A stretch of DNA of 64,000 bases from Longimicrobiales bacterium (lineage in GTDB: Bacteria; Gemmatimonadota; Gemmatimonadetes; Longimicrobiales; Gaopeijiaceae): positions 63,836 through 127,835 of the forward strand of contig JAVJOF010000015.1 of NCBI GenBank assembly GCA_040216925.1, read 5' to 3'. Below the pieces are notes generated by a model. The model did not search any database. It saw nothing but the letters and a program-made list of their open reading frames with translations, and was not told the origin of the DNA. A program made the position numbers and the translations under genes. Shown piece after piece: positions 8,710 to 16,265 of this stretch (its first letter is position 1; the number at the start of each line of letters is the position of its first letter).

Positions 8710-9849
8710 ATGACCTCGTCGCTCCGGTGGCCCGCCGTGCGGATCGCGCCGGCCTGGCGCGTCCTGGCCGCCCTGACCGGTGCCCGGTCCGGCATCATCT
8801 CGTGGTCGTCCGCCGCACTGGTGGGCGCGGCCCTGGCTGCCGGCGCGCTGAGCGTCCCGGCCGACGCGGCGGCCCAGTCCACCCGCATCCGGGACCTGAC
8901 CGTGTCGGACGGCGACATTCCCGTCCGGCTGGTGGGCTACGGTCTGGTGGTGGGTCTCGACGGCTCGGGCGACCGGGTCATCGGCGGTTTCAGCGCCGGC
9001 CACACCGTCCGTTCCGTGGCCAACCTCCTGCGCCGCTTCGACGTGGAGGTGCCGGAGAACATGCTCCGCACCCGGAACGTGGCCGCGGTCCTGGTCACGG
9101 CCGAGACCTCGCCGTACCTGCGGCCCGGCGGTCGTTTCGACGTGCACGTCTCGTCGGTGGGCGACGCCGTATCGCTCCGCGGCGGCGTGCTCTGGATGAC
9201 GCCGCTCCAGGTGTCCCCGGACCAGCCTCCGGTGGCTACGGCCCAGGGGGCGGTGCTGGTCAGCGACATGACCGGCGGGCGCGCCTCCTTCGCCGTCGAG
9301 ACCTCCGCGACACTGCCCGACGGTGGCCTGCTCGAGCAGGCGATGCCCCGGCCGGACTTCGCGGCCAGTGCGGCGCTGCTCCTCCGCGATCCCGACGTGG
9401 CCACGGCCTCCCGGATCGCCGAGGCCATCAACGCCGAGGTCGGCGAGGGCACCGCCCTGGTGTCCGACCCCGGTTCGGTGGCCCTGAACCTGACGGACGA
9501 GGCCACCCGCGTAGCCACCCTGGCACGGATCGGGGGCCTGACGGTGGAGCCCGAGCGCGCCAGTCGGGTGGTCATCGACAGCCGCAACGGAACGGTCATC
9601 GCCGGCGGCGCCATCGGCGTCGGACGGGCCGTGGTCAGCCACGGCGGCATGACGCTGTCCGTGGGCGGCGAGCCCGCCGCTCCGGATGCCGTGGCCGCGC
9701 CAGGCGACCTGCGCATGGCCGACGGCACCACCGTCCAGGACGTGGCCGCGGCCCTGCACGGGGTGGCCGCGCCGCCCCAGGCCATCGCGGCGGTGTTCGA
9801 AGCGCTGCGCCAGGTGGGCGCCATCTCCGCCCAGGTAGCCGTCCGATGA
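8710..9849 (+). CDS. flgI: Flagellar P-ring protein FlgI
   Basis: In-frame ATG at 8710. Signal peptide followed by RIRDLTVSDGDIPVRLVGYGLVVGLDGSGD (FlgI signature). C-terminus LRQVGAISAQVAV. Confidence 0.9.
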   Translation: MTSSLRWPAVRIAPAWRVLAALTGARSGIISWSSAALVGAALAAGALSVPADAAAQSTRIRDLTVSDGDIPVRLVGYGLVVGLDGSGDRVIGGFSAGHTVRSVANLLRRFDVEVPENMLRTRNVAAVLVTAETSPYLRPGGRFDVHVSSVGDAVSLRGGVLWMTPLQVSPDQPPVATAQGAVLVSDMTGGRASFAVETSATLPDGGLLEQAMPRPDFAASAALLLRDPDVATASRIAEAINAEVGEGTALVSDPGSVALNLTDEATRVATLARIGGLTVEPERASRVVIDSRNGTVIAGGAIGVGRAVVSHGGMTLSVGGEPAAPDAVAAPGDLRMADGTTVQDVAAALHGVAAPPQAIAAVFEALRQVGAISAQVAVR

Positions 9850-10199
9850 CCGGACCCCTGGGGGGTTCCGGCGTGGTGCGGGGAGACGCCCTCGAGGCGC
9901 TCCGCTCCGGGCGGATCCAGGGCGACGCCGAGCGCCTGCGCGCCGCCAGCAAGCTGCTGGAGGGCACGTTCTACCAGGAGCTGTTCAAGGCCATGCGCGA
10001 GACCGTGCCCGAAGGGGGCGCGGTGTCGGGTGGGGCCGGACAGGAGATGTTCGAAGGAATGCTCGACCAGCACATCGCCGACGCCTCCGCGCTCCGCTCC
10101 GATCAGGGGCTGGGCCAGGCGCTGTACGCGTTCTTCATGCGGGGTGCGGACGCGGCCGAAGCCGCCTCGGTGCCCACGCCCGACATCCGGGAGGGCTGA
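9846..10199 (+). CDS. flgJ: Rod-binding protein (FlgJ N-terminal domain only, no glycosidase domain)
   Basis: LLEGTFYQELFKAMRE...EMFEGMLDQHIA rod-binding motif. ATGA overlap with flgI. Confidence 0.75.
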   Translation: MTGPLGGSGVVRGDALEALRSGRIQGDAERLRAASKLLEGTFYQELFKAMRETVPEGGAVSGGAGQEMFEGMLDQHIADASALRSDQGLGQALYAFFMRGADAAEAASVPTPDIREG

Positions 10200-10201
10200 G
10201 G

Positions 10202-10747
10202 ATGGGCGCTGCTCCGTTCCTCGTGCAGGACCCCGCCGCGGGCAGGACCGCGTCCCTGGCCACGTCGCCGGCACACGGTGCCGCACTGGTGGACGCCCTG
10301 GTCACCGAACGCCGGCTCCTGGACGAGCTGCTCCGCGTGCTTCGCGCGCAGCGCTCCGGGGTGTCGTCCGAGGACCTGGAGGCCGTGGACGATTCGGTCT
10401 TCGCCGCCCAGCGCATCCTCCTGACCATGCAGCAGGCACGCCGCCGCCGCCGCGTGCTCCTGGAACTCGTGGCCGGCAACCCCGACCTGCACCTTGGCGA
10501 CCTCGATCAGATACTCGGCCCGCTCATGACGCCCACCGTCCGGGCCGCCCGCGACGACCTGCAGGACGGCGCCCGCCAACTCGCCCGTGAGCTCGAGATC
10601 AACCGCCGGGTGCTCAGCGGCGCCCTGGACAGCGGCGAGAAGATGATCCGCGCGCTGTCCGGACAGCCGGCCGAGCCGGCCCTCTACTCCGACCCCCGGG
10701 GCGCGTCCGCGTCCGGTGGGGGTGGGCTTCTCAACACGCGCGCCTAG
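10202..10747 (+). CDS. FlgN-like flagellar export chaperone (putative)
   Basis: Helical 181-aa ORF with an FlgN-like pattern (LVDALVTERRLLDELLRVLRAQR...DLEAVDDSV...). Sits directly upstream of flgK. Confidence 0.5.
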   Translation: MGAAPFLVQDPAAGRTASLATSPAHGAALVDALVTERRLLDELLRVLRAQRSGVSSEDLEAVDDSVFAAQRILLTMQQARRRRRVLLELVAGNPDLHLGDLDQILGPLMTPTVRAARDDLQDGARQLARELEINRRVLSGALDSGEKMIRALSGQPAEPALYSDPRGASASGGGGLLNTRA

Positions 10748-10755
10748 GACCGACC

Positions 10756-12129
10756 ATGTCCATCGGAAGCATTCTCTCGATTGCCAAGAGCGGCCTTCAG
10801 GTCCAGCAGAGGGCCATGCACGTCACGGCGCACAACCTGGCCAACGCCTCCACGGAGGGGTACGCGAGGCAGCGCGCCAACATCGCCGCCCGCCCCGCCC
10901 TGGACACCCCGCAGGGTGCCCTCGGTACCGGCGCCGGGATGGTGGACGTGGAGCGCATCGCCGATCCGCTTCTCGACCAGGTGTTCCGGCGGGAGACGTC
11001 GGCCAGTTCGGAGCACGGAACCCGGGCGGCCACGATGGCCCGCATCGAGGGGATCCTGGGCGAGCCGTCCGACACCGGGCTGGCCGCCGCCCTGGACCAG
11101 TTCTTCTCCAGCTTCAGCGAGCTGGGCGCCAACCCGACCGACACCACGGTCCGGGCCGTCGTCCGCCGGGACGCGCAGTACGTGGCCGACAAGCTGAACG
11201 GGCTGGCCGAGAACCTCGACGTCGTGCGGCAGGACGCCACCGCCCGCCTCGAGACCGGCGTCACGGACATGAACGCCATGACCCGCGACATCGCCGATCT
11301 GAACCGGCACATCGTGGCCGCGGAAGCGGACGGGACCACCGCCAGCGATCTGCGGGACTCACGGGCCCGGCTGCTCGATCGCCTGTCCACCCTGGGACCC
11401 ATCAAGGTCTCGGAGCGGAGCGACGGCGCCGTGGGCGTGAGCATGTCCGGGGTGTCCGTGGTCGACGGGGCGTACAGCTCGCCCTTGGAGATCCGTACCG
11501 TGGGCGGCAACGTCGGCCTGGCGCTGGTGGGCCGTCCGGGGCTCGTGCAGACCGGGGGCGGCAGCCTGGGCGGACTCATGGGGGTGCTGAACACCGACGT
11601 ACCCCAGGCACGTCAGGTCTTCGACGACATCGCGGCGAATCTCGTGGACCAGGTCAACACCGCGCACCGCACCGGGACCAACCCCCTGGGCAACACCGGG
11701 GTGGACTTCTTCGACCCAGCGACTCTGACGTCGTCGTCCATCTCGTTGTCGGGGGCGGTGCTGGCCGACTCCCGCGCCATCGCGGCGGGAACGCCGGACG
11801 GGGCGGGGAACTACCGGGCCGGTGCCACGGACGTGGCGGAGGCCATCGCCGCGCTGCGCGACGGCAACGTCGCGGTGCTGGGAGACAGCCTTCTGGGCCA
11901 CTACCGGGGGCTGGTGTCCTCGGTCGGGTCGGCCGTACGTTCAGCTTCGGACACGGCCGAGTCTCACGGGATCCTGGCCGAGCAGGCCGCGATCCGGAGG
12001 GAGTCGCTCAGTGGCGTGTCCGTCGACGAGGAACTGGTCCGGATGATCCAGTTCCAGACAGCCTACCAGTCGGCTGCGCGGATGGTGACCGCCGCCGACG
12101 AAATGCTCCAGTCGCTCCTGGCCATCTGA
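10756..12129 (+). CDS. flgK: Flagellar hook-associated protein 1 FlgK
   Basis: N-terminus SIAKSGLQVQQRAMHVTAHNLANASTEGY. C-terminus GVSVDEELVRMIQFQTAYQSAARMVTAADEMLQSLL. Confidence 0.9.
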   Translation: MSIGSILSIAKSGLQVQQRAMHVTAHNLANASTEGYARQRANIAARPALDTPQGALGTGAGMVDVERIADPLLDQVFRRETSASSEHGTRAATMARIEGILGEPSDTGLAAALDQFFSSFSELGANPTDTTVRAVVRRDAQYVADKLNGLAENLDVVRQDATARLETGVTDMNAMTRDIADLNRHIVAAEADGTTASDLRDSRARLLDRLSTLGPIKVSERSDGAVGVSMSGVSVVDGAYSSPLEIRTVGGNVGLALVGRPGLVQTGGGSLGGLMGVLNTDVPQARQVFDDIAANLVDQVNTAHRTGTNPLGNTGVDFFDPATLTSSSISLSGAVLADSRAIAAGTPDGAGNYRAGATDVAEAIAALRDGNVAVLGDSLLGHYRGLVSSVGSAVRSASDTAESHGILAEQAAIRRESLSGVSVDEELVRMIQFQTAYQSAARMVTAADEMLQSLLAI

Positions 12130-12172
12130 GCCCCAGGCCGGTATCCGCGGCGGAGTGCAGCCAGCGGATCCC

Positions 12173-12496
12173 ATGCTGATCCTCAGCAGAAAACCCGGCG
12201 ACGCCATCCTCATCGACGGCGGCATCCGGATCGTGGTCATCGCCTCCGACTCGGGCAGCGTCCGGATCGGCATCGAGGCGCCCGCGTCCGTGGGCATCGT
12301 CCGGGAGGAGATCGCCAGGAGCGTGGCCGAGGAGAACCTCCGCGCCGGCGCCCCGGCCACCGCCCGCACCTTCCTCGAATCCCTCGACGACGAGGGCGGG
12401 AAGGACGTCGGACCGAAGGACGGCGGTCGGAAGGGGGGATCCCGGAAGCGGGCCCCCGGACCCGCGGACGCCGACCGGGGCGGTACGAAGGACTGA
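12173..12496 (+). CDS. csrA: Carbon storage regulator CsrA with a long C-terminal tail
   Basis: MLILSRKPGDAILIDGGIRIVVI...VRIGIEAPASVGIVREEI is the canonical CsrA fold sequence. It is followed by about 45 extra Gly/Lys/Arg/Asp-rich residues. ATG 12173 is preferred over the upstream GTG 12155. Confidence 0.85.
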   Translation: MLILSRKPGDAILIDGGIRIVVIASDSGSVRIGIEAPASVGIVREEIARSVAEENLRAGAPATARTFLESLDDEGGKDVGPKDGGRKGGSRKRAPGPADADRGGTKD

Positions 12497-12566
12497 GTCC
12501 CGGCGACGGCCGCCGCCGCCCTTTGCTGGACCCCATCGCACGGACCCTCGGGGCCGGTCTTCGTTC

Positions 12567-12595
12567 TTGCGCTATATTCTGGGCGTCGATATATA
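12567..12595 (+). promoter_or_regulatory. Sigma-70-like promoter TTGCGC-N17-TATATA upstream of padR
   Basis: -35 TTGCGC (12567-12572), 17-nt spacer, -10 TATATA (12590-12595), set in a locally AT-rich stretch. Three CGATA repeats follow and may form an operator. Confidence 0.45.
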
Positions 12596-12662
12596 GAGTG
12601 ACGATACCAAGGGTGCCGATACGTCCTGGCATCCGCGGCGCTCACCCGACGGGAGGCACTCC

Positions 12663-13013
12663 ATGTCCGACGGTTTCGACGTCCAGGGGTTCGCCCGGGA
12701 CATCCACGAACTCCTGGTGCTGGCCGCGCTCCGGGACGACGCCAAGCACGGCTACCAGATCGCCCTGGACGTGGAAACGGAGAGCAACGGGCAGTTCACG
12801 TTCCGCCACGGAACGCTCTATCCGATCCTCCACCGCCTGGAAGGCGAGGGCCTGATCCAGGGCTCCTGGTCCACGGCAGGAGGGCGACGCCGGAAGGTCT
12901 ACGCCCTGACCCGCGCGGGGCGGGGGCATCTGGATGGGCGCACGGACCACGTCCAGCGGATCGTGTCGGGCCTGATGGAGCTGCTCCGCGGCCCCGGGCA
13001 GGCCCCCGCATGA
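12663..13013 (+). CDS. PadR-family transcriptional regulator
   Basis: HELLVLAAL...KHGYQIALDVE...FRHGTLYPILHRLEGEGLI...RRKVYALTRAG is a classic PadR winged HTH. GGGAGG RBS. Confidence 0.85.
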   Translation: MSDGFDVQGFARDIHELLVLAALRDDAKHGYQIALDVETESNGQFTFRHGTLYPILHRLEGEGLIQGSWSTAGGRRRKVYALTRAGRGHLDGRTDHVQRIVSGLMELLRGPGQAPA

Positions 13014-13792
13014 GTGCCGGGGCCGTCCGCCCGTTCCTTCCGGCGCTCCGCCGGCTGGAAGCCCGGCTCTCCGTGCCGGTCACCCGGCGGGTGCGGCTTC
13101 TCCGGGAGCTCGAGTACGACCTCGAGGAGCTGACCGCCCGGTTCGTGGACCAGGGCATGCCCCAGCCCGAAGCGCAGGCCCGCGCCCTGGACGCCCTCCT
13201 GCCCGACGGAGACGCCCTGCGCGAACTGGGCGGCCTCCACGAGTCCCTGTACCGCCGCTTCGGCCGCCGCTTCGGACCCACTCGCCTCCGGGGCATCGAG
13301 CGGGGCGCTCTGGCTGTGGCAACCGCCGTGGTCCTGGCCGCCGAGGCGGCCGCGCTGCTCCGGGCGGACCTGCTCGCACACGCGTCTCCGTTCCTGTGGG
13401 TGGTCCTTGGCTTCGGGGCGGCGCTGTTCGCCCTGGCCGCGACGTCGGCCTTCTCGCTCTGGGTGCGGAAGGACCCGGACGTCCTGGAGCGCGGCCCCAG
13501 GGGCCTGCTGGCCGGGTCCGCGTTGACCCTGATGGCCGGATTCGTCGGCGCCTACGTCGAGCTGTCCCACGTGCTGGGTCTGCTCGGCCGCAACCCGGAG
13601 CTCGTGTCCGACGTGGGCGTGGCGTGGCTCATCCGCATCTGCACGCTCCTGTCCACCTCCATCACGCTGGCGCTCCTCGGAGCGCTGGCGTGGTTCGTCC
13701 TGCACCAGTGGCTGGTCGTACTGGCCACCGCCCGGGCCCGTGCCCTGGGCTTCGATTCCTCCGATCCCCCGAACCGAGGCGCCCTCTCATGA
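13010..13792 (+). CDS. DUF1700-like membrane protein (helical N-domain plus about 4 TM), PadR partner
   Basis: The N-terminus FLPALRRLEARLSVPVTRRVRLLRELEYDLEELTARFVDQGMPQPEAQARAL resembles the DUF1700 family that commonly follows PadR genes. Several hydrophobic helices follow. ATGA overlap with padR. Confidence 0.6.
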   Translation: MSAGAVRPFLPALRRLEARLSVPVTRRVRLLRELEYDLEELTARFVDQGMPQPEAQARALDALLPDGDALRELGGLHESLYRRFGRRFGPTRLRGIERGALAVATAVVLAAEAAALLRADLLAHASPFLWVVLGFGAALFALAATSAFSLWVRKDPDVLERGPRGLLAGSALTLMAGFVGAYVELSHVLGLLGRNPELVSDVGVAWLIRICTLLSTSITLALLGALAWFVLHQWLVVLATARARALGFDSSDPPNRGALS

Positions 13793-14190
13793 TCAACGAG
13801 ATCTGGATCAACATGGGCTTCATCCGCTGGCCCATCAGCTTCTCCCTCCTCGTGGTGTGCATCCTGGCCGTGGTCTCGGCGGTGCGCCTGTTCGCATCGG
13901 ACGCCCGCGCCGACCAGGTCACGCGGGCCTGGGTGGACGCCATCCTGTTCTGGGGTGGATTCGCCATGATCAGCGGCATCCTCGGCACGTTGGTCGGCAT
14001 CACCATCGCCGCCCAGTCGATCGAAGCCGCCGGGGCCGTCTCGGCCACCCTGGTCTGGGGCGGCATCAAGGTCGCGCTCCTCAGTTCGGCGTTCGGTACG
14101 CTGATCCTGGCCGGCGCGTCGCTCCTCTGGTTCGGCTTCCAGCTCCGGTGGCGGATGCTGAAGGCCTGGCAGGAGACGGCGGGTGCGTAG
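13789..14190 (+). CDS. Small MotA/TolQ/ExbB-type proton-channel family protein (133 aa, 3 TM)
   Basis: Three TM helices. GILGTLVGITIAAQSI...GIKVALLSSAFGTLILAG matches the MotA_ExbB core signature. ATGA overlap with the upstream ORF. Confidence 0.65.
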   Translation: MINEIWINMGFIRWPISFSLLVVCILAVVSAVRLFASDARADQVTRAWVDAILFWGGFAMISGILGTLVGITIAAQSIEAAGAVSATLVWGGIKVALLSSAFGTLILAGASLLWFGFQLRWRMLKAWQETAGA

Positions 14191-15409
14191 GTGGCGGGCC
14201 GTGCGGACGGGCCCGGGGTGCGGCGCCCGGTCCACGGCGCTGGGCGTCCTGGCCATGGCGGTGTGGGCCGCGTCGGGGTGCGGAGGCACCGGCGACGCCG
14301 CCGACGGCGTGGTCCGCCGCGATTCGCTCGGTGTGGACGTGGTCGATCAGCCCGGGACGGACCGTGACCTCGGAGTACGCCTGGTGGCCGGCACCCGGCT
14401 GATCGACCCGGACGACGCGATGGCGCCCCGGCCGTGGGGCGTCGGGGTCCACCCGGAGTCCGGCGCCCTCTTCGCGGCCGACGCGTTCGCCCGGTCGGTC
14501 CACGTGTTCGACGGCGACGGCGCCTACGTACGGACGTTCGGTCGGCCCGGTGAGGGGCCCGGGGAGTTCGGGAGTCCGTCGGCGCTGGCCGTGGCCGAAG
14601 ACGGGTCGGTCGTGGTTCTCGACACCGGCCGGGGCCTCCTGAGCCGGTGGTCCGCCGACGGGGATCTTCTCGAAGAGCGGCCCATGCCCTTCGAGTACTG
14701 GGGACCGGGCTTCGCGGCGCTGCCCGACGGCTGGGCTACCGTCCGCCTGGATCCGGAAGCCGGCGCCGAGGCGGTGGAGCAGCAGCTCCTGGTGTCGCTC
14801 GGCACCGGTGCCCACGTCCTGCACGAGGTCGTCCAGCCGGTGGTACGCACCGATCTCCCGTGCGGAGGTGGACCCGTCACGATGCCGGTGGTTCTGGCAC
14901 CCGACGTGGTGTGGGCCCACCACCAGGGCTCGGTCTACCACCGGGTCGGGCCGGGGTACCGGGTGGACGTCTGGCGGGACGGTGGCATGGTGGCCAGCCA
15001 CCGGCGTGCCGTGGAGCCCGTCGCGGTCACGCCGGCCCTGGCCACGGAAGCGGTGCTCTCGGGGCCGGGACCCTACCGCGGGTTCCTGCGTCGGTGCGAC
15101 ATCACGCCCGAGGCGCTGGTGGCCGCCGTGGGGTACCAGGAGCGGGTCTCGCCCATCATGGGCATGACGGTCGCGCCCGACGGGCGGCTCTGGCTGACCC
15201 GGACTGCCGATGGCGTGCGCCCGACCGCGTACGACGTTCTGGGGCCGGACGGGGTCTACGCGGGTTCGGTCGAGGCCCCCGGGTTCCTGGTGGCGGTGCC
15301 GCAGCCCGACCGGCTGCTGGTGCTGCGCATCGAGCCCACGGGCGGGCTGGATTTGCGCCTGTGGCGGGTGGAGCACGCGGATCGCGACGCGGAGGCGCCG
15401 GGTCCGTAG
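14183..15409 (+). CDS. 6-bladed beta-propeller (NHL-like) lipoprotein
   Basis: Lipobox-like LAMAVWAASGC. Repeated units such as GRPGEGPGEFGSPSALAVAEDGSVVVLD. AGGAGA RBS 7 nt before the GTG. 8-nt overlap with the preceding ORF. Confidence 0.65.
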   Translation: MRRWRAVRTGPGCGARSTALGVLAMAVWAASGCGGTGDAADGVVRRDSLGVDVVDQPGTDRDLGVRLVAGTRLIDPDDAMAPRPWGVGVHPESGALFAADAFARSVHVFDGDGAYVRTFGRPGEGPGEFGSPSALAVAEDGSVVVLDTGRGLLSRWSADGDLLEERPMPFEYWGPGFAALPDGWATVRLDPEAGAEAVEQQLLVSLGTGAHVLHEVVQPVVRTDLPCGGGPVTMPVVLAPDVVWAHHQGSVYHRVGPGYRVDVWRDGGMVASHRRAVEPVAVTPALATEAVLSGPGPYRGFLRRCDITPEALVAAVGYQERVSPIMGMTVAPDGRLWLTRTADGVRPTAYDVLGPDGVYAGSVEAPGFLVAVPQPDRLLVLRIEPTGGLDLRLWRVEHADRDAEAPGP

Positions 15410-15436
15410 ACCTCTGCGGCCCGGGTCCCGTCCTCG

Positions 15437-16147
15437 CTACCGACCCCGCCCCGCGGAAAGCGTCTGTACGCGGGCCGTCAGGGCGCCATCGCCCCGCCGC
15501 GCCGCGCCTCCGCCGTCGAGTCGCAGCACGGCGTCCAACGCTTCGAGCGCGGCGGCGTCCAGAGGCCCGGCGTCCATGGACGGCACGGTCGCGCCGCCGT
15601 CGGGCCCCGGCGGACCACGCACCGTGAAGACCACGGTCCCGCCCTCCTCGGACAGCCCCACCACCACGGGGCCCGGCGCCTCCCGGTTCATCCAGGGCTC
15701 CTGCGCCGCCGCGATCAGGAGGAGCAACGCGGCGGTGAGCCGGGTCCGACCCGCCAGCACCGGAGCGACCTCGGTGTCGGCCTCCACGGCGCACGGCACG
15801 CCCTCGAGCCCGCGCTGCCGCTCGGCCAGTCGCGCGGCCTCTTCGGCGGTCTCGCCCGGGATCATGGCCTCGCCCTCGCCGCCGGCCTCCGCGGGCAGGG
15901 CCCTCAAGATCCTGACCAGACGTTCGATGCTCTCCACCTCGGCCTCGAGGTAGCGCAGGGCGTCTTCGGACGGCCCTTCATCGAGTAGATCGTGCACTGC
16001 CAGGAGCGTGGACGCCCGCCCGTTCAGGTCGTGGGCGAGGCGCGCGTGCAGCCGCGCCCGGACCCGGTCCAGGCCGGCGCGGGAGAGGAGCGCCCCCACT
16101 TCACGGTGCGTGGGGGCCTTCCCGGGGTGGTCGGCGGATGTCGGCAC
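15437..16147 (-). CDS. Soluble histidine-kinase-like protein with degenerate catalytic domain
   Basis: H-box-like ARLAHDLNGRASTLL. The C-terminal region aligns loosely to an HATPase domain, but the N-box Asn and the DxGxG motif are not evident. The opposite-strand ORF is Arg/Pro/Ser junk. Confidence 0.5.
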   Translation of the reverse strand: MPTSADHPGKAPTHREVGALLSRAGLDRVRARLHARLAHDLNGRASTLLAVHDLLDEGPSEDALRYLEAEVESIERLVRILRALPAEAGGEGEAMIPGETAEEAARLAERQRGLEGVPCAVEADTEVAPVLAGRTRLTAALLLLIAAAQEPWMNREAPGPVVVGLSEEGGTVVFTVRGPPGPDGGATVPSMDAGPLDAAALEALDAVLRLDGGGAARRGDGALTARVQTLSAGRGR

Positions 16148-16156
16148 GTCGGCAAC

Positions 16157-16183
16157 TCCAGTTTCTCCGAGGCCCGTCGATAC
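16157..16183 (+). promoter_or_regulatory. Sigma-28-type promoter upstream of motA (TCCAGTTT-N11-GTCGATAC)
   Basis: 6/8 and 6/8 matches to TAAAGTTT-N11-GCCGATAA with the canonical 11-nt spacer, about 83 nt upstream of the motA ATG. Confidence 0.45.
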
Positions 16184-16265
16184 TCAACTCTGGCGGAACG
16201 GATTCCGCCTCACTCACGGGACGCAGCATAGCGCGTCCCTCGGCAAGGAAGCCACAGGGGGCCCG

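Noticed and set aside
9846-10199. FlgJ consisting only of the rod-binding domain, without a muramidase.
   Set aside because: Single-domain FlgJ is common outside beta/gamma-proteobacteria, where a separate lytic enzyme is recruited. It is not unusual by itself.
12155-12172. Upstream GTG start for csrA (MQPADP...).
   Set aside because: CsrA proteins begin with MLIL, and the ATG at 12173 restores that N-terminus. The extension has no support.
10716-12179. 487-aa + strand ORF in a different frame overlapping flgK.
   Set aside because: The frame starting at 10756 gives canonical FlgK N- and C-terminal motifs. The alternative frame is Arg/Gly/Pro-rich.
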